DNA of 64,000 nt from Glaucostegus cemiculus (Eukaryota). Made by a program: the position numbers and the translations under genes. The stretch covers positions 8,370,001-8,434,000 of the forward strand of contig CDPCPM010000026.1 of NCBI GenBank assembly GCA_976551045.1, given 5' to 3'. Positions 51,983 to 64,000 of the stretch are shown in pieces; the first letter of the stretch is position 1, and each line of letters opens with the position of its first letter. A model generated the notes under the pieces. The model did no database searches. It saw only the letters and a list, made by a program, of their open reading frames with translations, and was not told the origin of the DNA.

Positions 51983-52850
51983 AGGATGAACAACATTTGA
52001 ATAAAACATAAAGTTAAAAAAAATATTGGGAATGGTCAGCAGTTCTGATGGTATCTCTAGAGAGAAACACTAACTTGATGTTGCAGCTGATAATCCTGGA
52101 CCATTTGATTTGAAACATTTGGACTATGATGTGTTCAATCGAGCCTGCACTTCCCATTTATTCCCTGTGCAATCCCTGATATTAATTTGCATTAGTTAAT
52201 TTATAAAAACCATTTAATTAATATAAAGAGATTTTTTTTATACCTGCCCTTAGCTGTGCAGTCCAGATCAGTGAAATGGATGGGGCCACATTGCATGGAC
52301 TAATGACATAAATCTTAGGGGCCAGATACAAAATGGCATCTGGCTCGGCTTGGTGCTGGATGCAGTGCTCAGTCCAGCTGTGGGGTTGGTAGTTGGAGGC
52401 AACAGGAGATCAGATCTCCAGCACATTCTTGGCTTCTGTATTGCTGAGAAGAGCTGCAGGTGTCTGAAATGCAAGGAGGACCTACCTTGCTGCGGTAAAA
52501 AGTCCTTGAGGATACATCCATGATCAATAACATGGAGTGATGTCATAGTTATTTACATATATTCCAAGAGTGTGAATACATATAGAATGAGGATGAACAA
52601 CGTTTGAGTGAAATATAAAGCAGAAATATAGAAATGTTCAGCAGTTCTGACAGCATCTCTGGAGAGAAACACAAATTTGATGTTTCAGGCTGATAATCCT
52701 GGACTATTGATCTGAAACATTGGACTGGAATGTGTTCAATCCAGCCCACAGTTCCTGTTCATGCCCTGCACGATCAGCCCAATAGCTCTGCTCTTCCCTC
52801 CATGGATGCTTTTTAACCAGTTGAGCATTTGTATTTTCATTTCAGACTTG
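51983..52850 (+). repeat. Local direct duplication (about 51983-52175 and 52590-52776) containing a palindromic-element arm
   Basis: aggatgaacaac.tttga...cagcagttctga...gagagaaacac...gctgataatcctggac...tgaaacatt...tgtgttcaatc occurs twice about 607 bp apart. Confidence 0.85.
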
Positions 52851-55800
52851 ACTCTGATACAGTGTACAGTTCAATGTCGTGAACCTCCAAAATCTAAAAT
52901 ACTCTGAAATAGAATATTTCAGAGATGTTACTTAATACATAATAATTTATGAAGTTTTATCAAATAATCACAGCTATAAGCATAACATTCAGTGACTTTT
53001 CCATCAGCAGCCACACAAGTCAATCAGTTGTTTATAAATATTGCGAAGAACTATAATGCTAGGCATGCAAGTATTGATTTCCTCAGCATTTTAACCATAT
53101 TAATTATAAGCATAACCAGCTTTCATGTCAAAATGCAAACTGAAATCAAAGAATTATTATACATGAAAAGTATTTGGAGACGTCCCCAACATTAAGACAC
53201 TTCCTGTGATGTGGGTGCTGTCATACATCACTGCAGGAGGCAGGTTTATATTTCTGCTTCCAGGTTTATTCTAGTTTTGACTGAGCCAATGAAACAGAGT
53301 GGATGTAGGGTGATCCACTACAAGCAAGCCAGTACAAGAGTATGAGCATTAAATTTGCAGGCTTTTGGAGGAGCACATTCATGCATCCTTCATGGAATGA
53401 ATTGAATGTGTGCATATTCCCATGACATTTTGTTATAAATATTTAGGATTATTAGGGATGGCCCAAGCCCTTGCTTGCCCCCATCTTGTTCACATGCCTG
53501 TGCAGAGAAAATTAGGTAGTGAAATAACAAGGTTTACCCTCAAAAATCCAGCTAAGTGTTGTAAATGGTGGTACTAATGCACTGCTGAGATTTGAATGCT
53601 TGAACTTGTTTCATGTTGAGAAATAATTTTTCAGAAATATGACATCACTTTTACTTTTGTCTATTTTATTTAACACAATAACAATTTTTCAAGGAAAAAC
53701 ATAAAAACTTCTATCTTCTCTTCCAATCAAAACACAACCACTCAGGTTCCTTGTTGGTGTGCTTGATATTCAGTGTCAGTTAAAAACAAAGGATTTACTA
53801 GTATTCGATAATGTAAACTTCAATGTGCCATATGTGTGCTTAACCAACCTGCTGAGCTAAAGCATTTGTGTAATCCCTTTTTCTGTTTCCAGCCAGCTGA
53901 TCAATTGTAGATAGATATTACATCGTGTTTTACCACTGAATTTAATCTACAAGTATAAAATGAGGCAACATTTGACATTCATTATTGCATTAAGTCTCAA
54001 TAGTACACCTGACAGCTGAGCATGTGTTCCTGAATCACACTGATGCTTTGAACCCACTGCCATTGCCAAAAGATTTTTTTTTAGTGCATATTGTGTTGTT
54101 TGGACTAATCAGGTTGAAGTAGCATTAGTCAATCTTCTCATCTTTTAATTACAGACAGTTTATTGTCTGTGCTGACCCAGTTTCTGCACAGCTCCCCACC
54201 AGCATGCCAGGCTTAGCAATCTCCGTTAATTTAATTTGTCATTTCATTCAATCAGACAGACTGTGAGCATGATGGATAAAAAATATTTAAAAAAAATAAC
54301 TTGCTGTTCATCCTTAATTGATGCCCCTATCAGCCTTTGTCCTTGCCAGGACTGGCAATTATTTGCCAGTCATTCAAGCAGAATGTAACCAACTGTATTT
54401 TCTCCTGTGGAAACATTATAATTTAGAAATCTGATTCTGTTTTCAGAAATAAATTAGTGCAGGTCTATAATTATGCCTGTTGGGAGTATATTTTCTCATC
54501 ACCCATGGGTGGTGGGGGGGGTGGGTTTGAGGATTGTGAGGTGGGTGGAGGGAGTTTTAAACTAATCCCAGAAGCTTGGGCTTTCTTGTGCTTCAGGGTC
54601 AAAGGTTATTTTGAGCTTGCAGAGCTCCAGCAGCTTGCTGGCTTGGATAATGACTGTTTGTCCAAAGCAGACCTTGTGTTTCAGGTGAGGGCTTCTCTGC
54701 AGATTCCTTGCACTAATGAAGCCACCTGTTTTACCAAATGGCATAAGGCCCTGTTTATAGCCTTATCCCTGTACTGTAGTGTTAACGTTGTCACAGAGCT
54801 GGTTATTTCTCCAGGGGAAACAGTAATTAATGGGCACCATTCACAACTGATTAACTGTAGTTCCCCTACTAATTACATTCACACACAGCAGAGATTTTAA
54901 ACTTGCTTTTCATTTCATTCTGCCTGCTTTCTCTTGCATTATTGAGTTCTGTAAGATGATAGTTCTATTATTTATTTAACTATAAACTTGTTGGAGTTAC
55001 CACCTGTCTCTTTTTTTTGTGTGCATGTTGCCTGGAGACTTTAAAATCGAGTAAACCAAACAACTCGTCTTCTTTTTAATTGGAAACTGGTTTTCTCTCT
55101 CTACCTTTATTAGTGTTCCGTATGATTTCCACTCTTTGCATCATAAGTAAAACTCGCTCTTAACTCAAACACTGAACTCAAGGCACTGGTCCTATCGTTC
55201 AACCAAGTCACTATACTTTTAAATATGGGGAAGCTATCAGTCCCTACATGCAGACAATTCAGGAAATTAGCTTTCAAAAACCAGGAGCTTGTTTTATCTG
55301 TGTGAACCAATACCAATATGGGGGAAAAATAAACATTGGTGATGGGGTGGTGATCAGAATCTCAAACAGTTAAGATAACCCCATTCTGGTGCGTTATGAA
55401 AGTCCACCAGTGGCAGAAGGCTAGAGGTGGGAGGTCATGTGATGAAGCTTCCAGGAATAAAACACCCAACCAGAGTTGGCATTCCTGATAACCAAACATC
55501 TGTTGTAGTTTTGAGCTGCCAGCTTCTGTTGTTTCCCAGATTTGTTTGGATTGACTCTGTTTCCAGCTTTATTTGTATCCTTAATTATTTGTACCTGATG
55601 CCTAAGCACAGGGGCTCGCGTGGCAGTATGCCAAAATGTTGGAAAACCTGGCTTTTTTTCTTTTAAATGGGGCCCCTTTCTTCACAAGATGCATCGCTTT
55701 CCACATGTGGAGGATGGCATTGTTTTTGATTGGGGGGGTTATTCTTGTGTGAAACCAGGATGTCAGGGAATGGATGTTGATTCATAGCCTTCTCAAGAAT

Positions 55801-57119
55801 GTCGGGATTGCCAGCCATCTAGTCTTTGCCATTCTCAGCATTACTCCTGTGGCCAAAGATTCAAGATTGCTTTATTGTCATTGAGCCGTTGAGACAACAG
55901 AACAACGAGATTTCATTGGTGTTGAAAGGCAGCTGACAAAAGCAGAAGGAGGGCAAATAACATGGTTGAGGGTTTGTTAACTGCTTGCTAATGACTGCTG
56001 AGGGCAGGTGGAGAGAGACACATCCAACTTTCCTCAGGGGATTATATCTGGGAAGGTGTTTTTTTTCATCCATTTTTGGCTGGTAACAGTTTGTGAACTG
56101 CAGGGCATATTGTATTTATGAGAAAACAATGGCATTTAGATTGCACCTTTGGAAACATCTCAACATGTGATAAATTACTTTGCAAGGACTGTGAGCAGTT
56201 TTAAGTTGCACCCAACAAGAAGGAATTTGAAGGAATATAAGTTCATTCTCTGGGCTTTGGACTTGCAGGGAGAGTACAGGATTAAGGCACCAAACTTCCT
56301 CACCAGGAATTCCTTTTGAGGCCCAATGGATTTTAGCAGTAAGGTTTCACTGGACAAGCGTCTTATCTAGAATGAAACTTGTGTATGTCAGATGTTCTCT
56401 GGCACTTGGGCAAGTCAAATGCCTGTGGGAGATGGCTTTTGTGAATGAGTCGTGTGTGGTGGGGAGAAGTGGTGATTGGACAGGTGAGAGTGGGGCAAGG
56501 GGTAAGGAAAGCCTCAGTCAGCAAAGGCCCTTGTGGTGACCTTTCTTGCCCCTCCTGGCTTCAGTTTTGTACTTTATGAACTCTCCATTTCTGGCATGAT
56601 GGATTTTACTGGTTGGAATGATTGTGGCAGATATTTCAATTAGCAGATCATGAAAAGTTTCTTGAAGTGATGTTAGATCAATTTAATCTGGATTTGCATG
56701 TATTTGTGAGGTGCAGACTGAGTCAGGGAGCATCTCAACCAACCCATGTGAAAATGGCTCATGGGAGTTGTATGTGCAGCAAAAAGAACTGCTTGGACTT
56801 TTATCTACTAAACTGTAGATATATTTTCTCTTCCTTCAGTACCTCATTCTGTGGTTCAGTGCCAATGTTCATTTGTTAACATTCATGCAAAGTGCTGTAA
56901 ACATTTTTCAATTTTAAGAAGTGTTTTAAAATTGAGCTTTGTGTTTGCATTAAGTTGGAGACCACCAATTTGACTCAGCAGCCATCAATCAAGTTGCCCT
57001 GTGCTCCCGTGATACTTACTTCATAATTCTGTTCTGCTCAGCTTTCATTGGGTGGAGGGAGATAAAGTGCCTTTTCAGTGCCTGCCCAATAGGAGGAAAC
57101 ACATCAGCAGACCAGGACT

Positions 57120-57400
57120 TGGAGGACTGAGGCTCATTTCAATAGATCAGAGGAGGTTACAGAGAGCTGTTTAAAATTTATGACAAGAGCATAGATACAC
57201 CCTCTTTCCATTGAACTGAGGAGTTTAAGTGCAAGGAGAGAGCAAAGGCAACATTTTTAAACCAGGGCTATGGGGCAGTGCAGTTATGACTAATGTTAAT
57301 CCTTGATGCAGAGATCATCTTGATGTTTAAGAATGGGTTATATGACATGGAAATAAAAAGATGGGGAAACTGAGCATGTGGGATAAGGACCACTGCTGAC
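57120..57400 (+). mobile_element. Highly decayed CR1 3' fragment
   Basis: agaggaggtt.cagagagctgtttaaaatttatga...ttttaaaccagg...atgtttaagaatgggttatatg. Confidence 0.5.
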
Positions 57401-58629
57401 ACAAGGGAGAAGTAGCAACACCTGCCCAGCAACTTCTGTCTTGTAATATTGATGCCATTCTCTGAAGTCATTGTTTGCACACAAGTAAATGCAGTCCCAT
57501 CACTTTTCTTCACAAATTAAAATGAAAATTCAAGTATATTCTTGCAGTCCATGTGGATGAGGAAGACCACATTTGCTGACCCTTTGTTTATGTCACTGAT
57601 AAGATTGGTTCGGGTCATGGCTGTTTTCCTCAGAGACTTGAAGGTAAAACCATGGAGTCAGAGTCAGAGTGGATGCCTTAAGCAATCTACATCTTGCTAC
57701 CCCATGCTGTTCTGGATTGGATCACTCTCTTCCTCTGAAAGGGTCATGAGAGCATCAGGGCCGTGTACTGAAAACTCTGGAGTTTACAAACTATGCACTT
57801 AATCCATTACCGAAACCTAGTTTCCTCCCAGAACTACTGGATTTACCACATTTTGCAATGAATGTGACCATTCAATCAGATATCCGCTGAATGACCAGTT
57901 CCTCAAAGATGAGAGTTAGAAATGAAGGAATTCTGGGAGAATGGCCCAAAGTTTTTGATGGGTACTCAGTCAACCACGTGTTCTCTGACTTCATACAACA
58001 ACAGCTTCTACTTATACAGTGATTTTTTTTTTAACCACAAAATGTACTGTGGCACTTTGCAGGACTAGAAGAAAACAACAATTTATGTTGAGTCACAAAT
58101 GGAGGTACAAAAGAATGAGAATATGTCGACACGTGACTGAAACCCGAATTTGTAGTTTTATCACTGTACTTGCGAATGAGCGGCACAGAACATCTCTGCA
58201 TAAAATCAAAATAGAGATTTTTAAAAGAATTCTTTAGTTGTAAGGATTCTCCCAACTGCACACGCTGACATTATTTTGATTGACTTAGGACTCTTGTGGC
58301 AGTCCAGACCTCTAAAGGGTTGAGTACTGCAGTTGTGCCTTTCTTATGCATGCCAGCTGTCAGCTTCAGCATGTGGGTGGACAAACCCCATTTTGTCATG
58401 GAGACTGGTATTCTTGCATCAGTGGACTTGGAGGATGCTTTTGCCTCGCCTCTATCAGTTATCTAAACTGACGGGAATTATGGGCTCTCGGGCTTGAACT
58501 GTCAATCTAAGCTAATATTTCAGTGTAATCTTGAGGTCATTCTGTGCTCCTGGAGAAGCTTTGCTTGGGTTGTATCATTGGGCCATGCTTGTCTGTTTCA
58601 TGGCTGTTAAAATTGCTTCACTACAATTT

Positions 58630-59065
58630 AATTAACAATACCACATAGTTTGTTGCTGTTTCTGGGATCTTGTTGTTCAGCTTTTTAAAATATTCATTTC
58701 TTATTATAAGGATGTCAATGTCAAGTCCAACACTTATTATCCATCCACAACTACCTTTGAGAAAGTGAGCTGCCTTCCTGAACTGCTGCCATCCTTCTGA
58801 TGAAGGTATTCCCATTCTGGTTTTGGGTTGGAAGTTCCAGGATTGAGATCCAGGAATGGTGAAAGAATGGTAAAATATTTCCAAGTCAAGGTGTTGTGTG
58901 AATGAGAGGAGAAGTTGCAAGTGACGGTGTTCCCATGTGCCGACTGCACTTGTTCCTTTTGGCGATATGTTCACTTAAAATCTTAATTGTGACTGACTTT
59001 ATGTAAAGCACATAGGGACCTTCTGAATAAACTGATGAAATTATATTGAATGCAAGCTTGTTTAT
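58630..59065 (+). mobile_element. Deu-domain SINE remnant split by a minus-strand LINE 3' end (about 58690-58965)
   Basis: ttgctgtttctgggatcttg before the insert and gtaaagcac..gggacc...aatgcaagc after it. The insert is the reverse complement of the 43260-43500 tail (compare ORFs PIPFYWYLHQKDYSS and PKPEWEYLHQKDGSS). Confidence 0.65.
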
Positions 59066-60172
59066 CTTGAGGATGTTCTTTAATGTTTAATTGATTCTTC
59101 CCTAATTTTTTTCAGCCGCACTTTTTAAATAAATTTGCTTCACAAAATATAACCTGACCCTTTTTTTCCACTGTTATTGTTCTTGCTGTTATGATTCCCT
59201 TGTCACAGCAAGCCAAAAAAAGCCCATATTGTTTAACTATAAAGCTGCTTATCTCGTCATTTATATATGATCAAAGTCATTATACTGCTTTCAAATTACA
59301 TCGATTTCATGGCTTCACTCACTGAATGTTTCACAGATGTCAAGTTGTGTTGGTTTTACTCAGCATGAAGATGCCATTGCATCTTGGCATACTCATGAAA
59401 ATTTTATATACCACCCCACAGGAGCCAATAGAAATGTTTCTTTAAAGCCTTAAAAACTGTTGTGAATGTTATAGATTGGGTGGCCATCCAGTGAAACATT
59501 GCTCGTGCCAATATGTACATTTCATTGAATATACCGGTACATTTACTTTAATTGGCTTACAGTCCAGCATAGTTAGGTCTTCATAAACCATTAATTAATC
59601 GTAGTGTCAAGGCTTAGACATTTCTACACATCTCATTGCTGGCCCAGCTTTCAGTGAAACTATTGCCAATAGCATGAATTTGTGAGAGTTAAAGCCTCTG
59701 ATATAAACTAATAACAAACTTATTCCTGTGGTCTTTGGAAAATCAACTGAAGTGGCATCAGGTTAAATTAATCTGAAATCGAACAGCATGGAGTGTTTTG
59801 AAGTACCCAGGAAAAGTTGTAGCTTCACTCACAATAGCACAAAAGCTGAGACATTTTGTGAAACAATTACTTTTGCTATTTACATTCCATGCTGTAATGT
59901 GGAAACCCAGATTTCTAACTATAGGATAAATGGCAGTAACAATTGCTAACAATGTATTGAAACAATATGAATTTACAAAGAATCCATCTCTAGTGCTCGG
60001 CATTTTGAGGAACTCTTAAATTCAACACTCTGTGATTTAAGAGCAAAGCAGTGAGTTCAGTTTTCCCATGTGAGGAAGGACATGGGCAACCTCTAGCTCC
60101 AAGAATGTTTCAAAGTCAAGTGGGAATTAATACAATGACTGTAAACTTAATGGCTTTTCCTTTCTATTCCAG

Positions 60173-60238
60173 TTTGCAGGGAACAATAACTACATGAATA
60201 TGGCAGATCCAAGCCATGCATTCTTGACCAGCAATGAG
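60173..60238 (+). CDS. TOX3: TOX3 coding exon 2 (FAGNNNYMNMADPSHAFLTSNE)
   Basis: Branch-like CTTAAT, polypyrimidine tract and acceptor (cttttcctttctattccag|TTT). 66 nt, phase 0-0, in frame with exon 1. Aligns to human TOX3 FGNNNNYMNMAEANNAFFAASE at the same length. Donor is GAG|GCAAGT. Confidence 0.92.
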
Positions 60239-61223
60239 GCAAGTATATTAATTTGTCTTGTTTCTATTATATATGTAAATGTATGTTGTCTCTCAGTACA
60301 TAAATAATCTCGGCCTTGATGCATGATTGTACAGTGCCCTTTTTACAGATGCTAGATGGACTAGTGACGGGCTTTGTGGACACTCTCATTCCATCCAGGG
60401 ATATGTTCTATGCAAAGGGTACTGGGGTATCTCCAGGGCACACCTTAGAAACCAGCCCTGGGATGATTTTCCCTCCTAAATCTGGTCTTGATTTGGATTA
60501 CATATGACCCCTGTATGTGCTGTAGTGTCTTCTGAAACCTTAACTTAACAAACTTGTGGTATTTCAGGGGACAAAACATTTTTTTCAATTTACCTGAACG
60601 TGAGCCAGTTTGAGCAGGAGTGATCTATCTGATACCATATACCATCCCCAGCTCCTGATTGCCCCACTGCTGTCTCTCTCCTCAGACTCCTCGTCAGCCC
60701 CAAGCTTTCAGCCTCCTTGTATTTGGCACTCTGCATTCTGAGGTGTGATTGGTGCCTCCTGCATACATATCACTCACATTGGGTTGCTTGAGCATTAATT
60801 TTCACATACTGCCAAAGATGTCCTTTGGTACCACCGGGTAGAAGACAACAGTGTTGAAATGTTTTATCCAGAATGTGGTGCTCTATTGTCTGGTTTATAA
60901 CAAGCTAGCTTGTGTAGTTAAATACTGTTACACAGCACGATAATTGAAATCAACGTACAAAATTAACATTAGGAAATAGGTGGAAATGGCACAACCCATT
61001 GTATGAAATTCTTAACTAGAAAACTCAAATGCTTGTTCTGTGACAAGTGACATAAGTACTACACAGTTCTTGTTAAGAGAATTATTCTGACTCTAGTGAC
61101 TTGCACTAATTAATAAAAGTGATATTGGACTTGCTTACATTTATGTTTTGGGTATTAAAAGAGCTTTGAGGTCCTAAATGGTATGCAAAGCATTCATTAG
61201 CAGTGTTAAATGTATCTCTGTTT

Positions 61224-61841
61224 ATCACTCAATGTATCTCTGTTTGGTTTGGAAGCTGCTCAGCTGCTGGGCGGAAGTCCCTCCAAAAGATAGTTAGGGC
61301 TGCGGAGTGGATCATAGGTGTCTCGCTTCCATCCCTCGCAGACATATACAAAGACCATTGTGTGAGGAAGACCAAAAGCATAATGGCCGACCCTTCTCAC
61401 CCCTCCCACCACCTCTTCACAATTTTGCCATCAGGGAGGAGGCTTAAATGTATCAGGGCAAGAACGACCAGGCTGAACAATAGCTTCTTTCCGCAAGCCA
61501 TCAGAACTGCAGACTCTCTCATCCCTCCATCTTCCTTTGTTAACACTAAGAGATGCTAGGTGCACAGAAATGCACCAGCACTTTAAATGCCCGACACCAG
61601 CCCGTTCACTTTAATAACTATTTATTTATTTACCGGCCATTTTTAATTTAATCTGCGCACTAATTTAATTTTCACTTCTGTAGTTTTTAATGTTTAATGT
61701 TTTTTAATGTTTATTCTGTCAAGTGTGTATGTGTGTCTCTGTTGGTTGTTATTTTATGGGATGAGCACCTGAGGAGGACGGTATCTCGCTCCTATGCATA
61801 CTATGTATGTATATGGTTGTGACAATAAAACTTATTCTGAA
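61224..61841 (+). mobile_element. Rex1/Babar LINE, 5'-truncated (RT C-terminus and 3' UTR)
   Basis: Open frame ITQCISVWFGSCSAAGRKSLQKIVRAAEWIIG...KSIMADPSHPSHHLFTILPSGRR...RTTRLNNSFFPQAIR, the typical Rex1 C-terminus. Tail gtgacaataaaacttattctgaa. Confidence 0.9.
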
Positions 61842-62629
61842 ATACCATTTTGGTAAATGTGTTGGTGTTCATACACTGAAAAACTCTGGAATTGTAGAGA
61901 ATTAACAGATCTTAATATCAATATGGTCTGCTGATCCAGTACTGCCGTTAATCATCACTCGTAGAACAGGACAAAACAAGACTGAGTGTGTATTCCAATG
62001 CCAGGATCACATCTCCCTTCCAACCTGTAACTCATCCCAACTAGCACCATTTAAGCAGTTCATCAGCTACTGACGGGCAAGATTCTGGTAGGTTTCCCCT
62101 TGCTATCTCTGTGATTCAGTGAGTGTCTGTTGCTTCCGTTCATGTTTCCGAAGTCTTCAGCAGAAAATGAAAGCGGCTATTCTAGCAGATGCTGAAGTAT
62201 GTTGGATGCTAATCAGACTTCCACATAAACAAATTTCTATCTGACATGGATACCTTTGTAATCATTCCTCTCTCATTCTTCCCCTGGGACAATATTTAAA
62301 GGCCACACAGAGGAGGAGAAACTGGTGACAACAGGAGGAGGAGAACAGGGGAGGTTTTCAGCAGGAGGCTGTATCCACCCTACCCGAACCTAGGTGACGA
62401 ACAAAGTAGCAGATGTCTGTATTTCCTTATCTACCACCTGTTGTAACCACAATCACAGGATAAGAATGTATTGTCAGTGCTTCTGTAGGTGTCTCTTGAC
62501 AATGAATATTATGCACCTGCCTCCTTCCAGAATGATGGATTTATTTGCGGTGTCTTGCATTTTGCCATCCAGTGTTACACAGGGGAAGTCACTGAGGCTC
62601 TCTATTCAAAGAGACCTATCTGCATCATG

Positions 62630-63700
62630 GTAGAGCGGCAGACCTGAATTACATGGACTTTAATGAGGCTTTTGACAAAGTCGTGCATGGTAGGCTGCTC
62701 CAGAAGGTTAAGGCACAAGGGATTCAAGGCACCTTGGCAAACTGGATCCAAAATTGCCTTCATTAAATGGAGGCAGAGGGCAGTGGTGGATTTTTTTCCA
62801 ACTGGAAGTCTGTAACAAGTGATATACCACAGGGATCAGTGCTGGGAACTTTGTTGTGTGTGATATATATAAATTACTTGGATAAGAACTCATTTAAATA
62901 TATTGAAAACAACAAAGCTGTGGCAGATAAAATTTAATCTTGACAATTATGAGGTAGTACTCTTCGGTGGGTCAGTTGAATTCTGGAAGGATATGTGTGG
63001 TAGGGCGCTTAGACTGGTAGGGATCTTAGGAGTATTGATGTACAGAGAGACCTTGGAGTGAAAGTCCACAACTCCCTGAAGATTGAGAGACGGGTTAATC
63101 GGGTAGTGAAGAAGGCATTTGCTATGCTTGCCTTCACAGGCTGAGGCACCGAGTCTAAGGGTTGGGACGTCATATTGCAGCTTTACAAAACACTGGTTAG
63201 ATCACACTTGGCATATTGTTCTGGTTTCCGTGCTACAGGAAGGATGTGGTGGCAATAGAGAGAGTGCAGAAGAGATTTGCTGGAATGTAGCTTGAAGAGA
63301 AATAGGATAGGCCGTGTTTATCCTCACTGGAATGCAGGACGGATGACCTTGGAGGTTTACAAAATTTTGAGGAACATCAATAGGAAAGATAGTATTTTTC
63401 CCAGGATGGGAGAATCTTGAACTAGAGAGCACAAGTTGAAGGTGAGAGAAGTTTGAAAGAGATCTGAGATGCGAATTTTTCCACCACAGAGGTGGTGGTT
63501 CTCTGGAATGAGCTGCCAGTGGAGATGGTCGAAGCAGGTGCAGTTACAGCAGTTAAAAGGTAGTTGGATAGGGAGGCACAGAGGGAATTGGGCCTAATGC
63601 AAGCACATGGGAATAGTGTAGATCTATAACGTGGTTGCCATGGATTAGGTGGGTCGAGAAGGCCTGTTTCTGTGCTGCACGATCCTACAATTTTCTGTGA
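62630..63700 (+). mobile_element. CR1 LINE, RT to 3' tail, decayed
   Basis: YMDFNEAFDKVVHGRLLQKVKAQGIQG, DIPQGSVLG, VVKKAFAMLAF, LYKTLVRSHLAYC and WNELPVEMVEA, then tail gaaggcctgtttctgtgctg. Confidence 0.9.
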
Positions 63701-64000
63701 TTACATTTAGTTTTGCTGGGGGTCATGTGGCTCTCTGAGGACAGTGGGCTGTGCTCTGGTACAGTTTTGCACAGGTTGCATTCTGTCCCGTGTGTGTGCC
63801 TCATGTTAACTCTGCCTCATCCCGAGTGTTCAGATGGTGATGGAACATAAACAATGAATCATTCAGATTAATGCCCAGTGTATCCATCTGCAGTCCCGAT
63901 GCCTTTTTATTCAGTGATGGTTTATGGAGCCAACTGCTTTTGAACCACAGTGGCAACCAAAGAGTGGTTAGTGATCAGTCAGGGTTATCTACCAACTCTA

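Larger units (their letters stand above)
14659..60172 (+). other. TOX3: TOX3 intron 1 (45,514 bp, GT-AG, phase 0)
   Basis: GT at 14659 and AG at 60171-60172 join ...YNK|FAGNN... in frame, colinear with TOX3 orthologues. Confidence 0.85.

Noticed and set aside
53870-53960. Cassette exon after the acceptor-like cctttttctgtttccag (AG at 53891-53892)
   Set aside because: No convincing downstream donor; such pseudo-acceptors are common in a 45-kb intron.
55404-55416. CTCF site CCACCAGTGGCAG
   Set aside because: One base short of the CCACCAGGTGGCAG core spacing.
60239-64000. TOX3 exon 3 ([20 protein letters not shown]-like)
   Set aside because: No such coding sequence was found by eye in the rest of the window; it presumably lies downstream.

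Overview
Eukaryotic, AT-rich and CpG-depleted genomic DNA. The repeat content (V-SINEs, Deu-domain SINEs, CR1/HER1, Rex1, RTE, Harbinger) points to a cartilaginous fish, probably a batoid; this is an inference. One host gene is visible and is missing from the ORF track: the 5' end of TOX3 on the + strand. Coding exon 1 is 14557-14658, intron 1 is about 45.5 kb, coding exon 2 is 60173-60238 and is followed by a non-canonical GC donor. Exon 3 onward lies beyond the window. Everything else is non-coding: decayed transposons and repeat-poor blocks that may be regulatory. Nearly all ORF-track entries are spurious or transposon fragments. The most notable observations are (1) a family of palindromic elements with degenerate hammerhead-ribozyme-like cores, (2) a young CpG-rich non-autonomous element with a Rex1-type tail and an internal minisatellite, (3) the GC-AG intron in TOX3, and (4) a structured leader with several upstream ATGs before the TOX3 start codon. 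I see no firm evidence of a wholly new protein-coding system. Family names come from recognising motifs by eye, not from database searches, and repeat boundaries are approximate.
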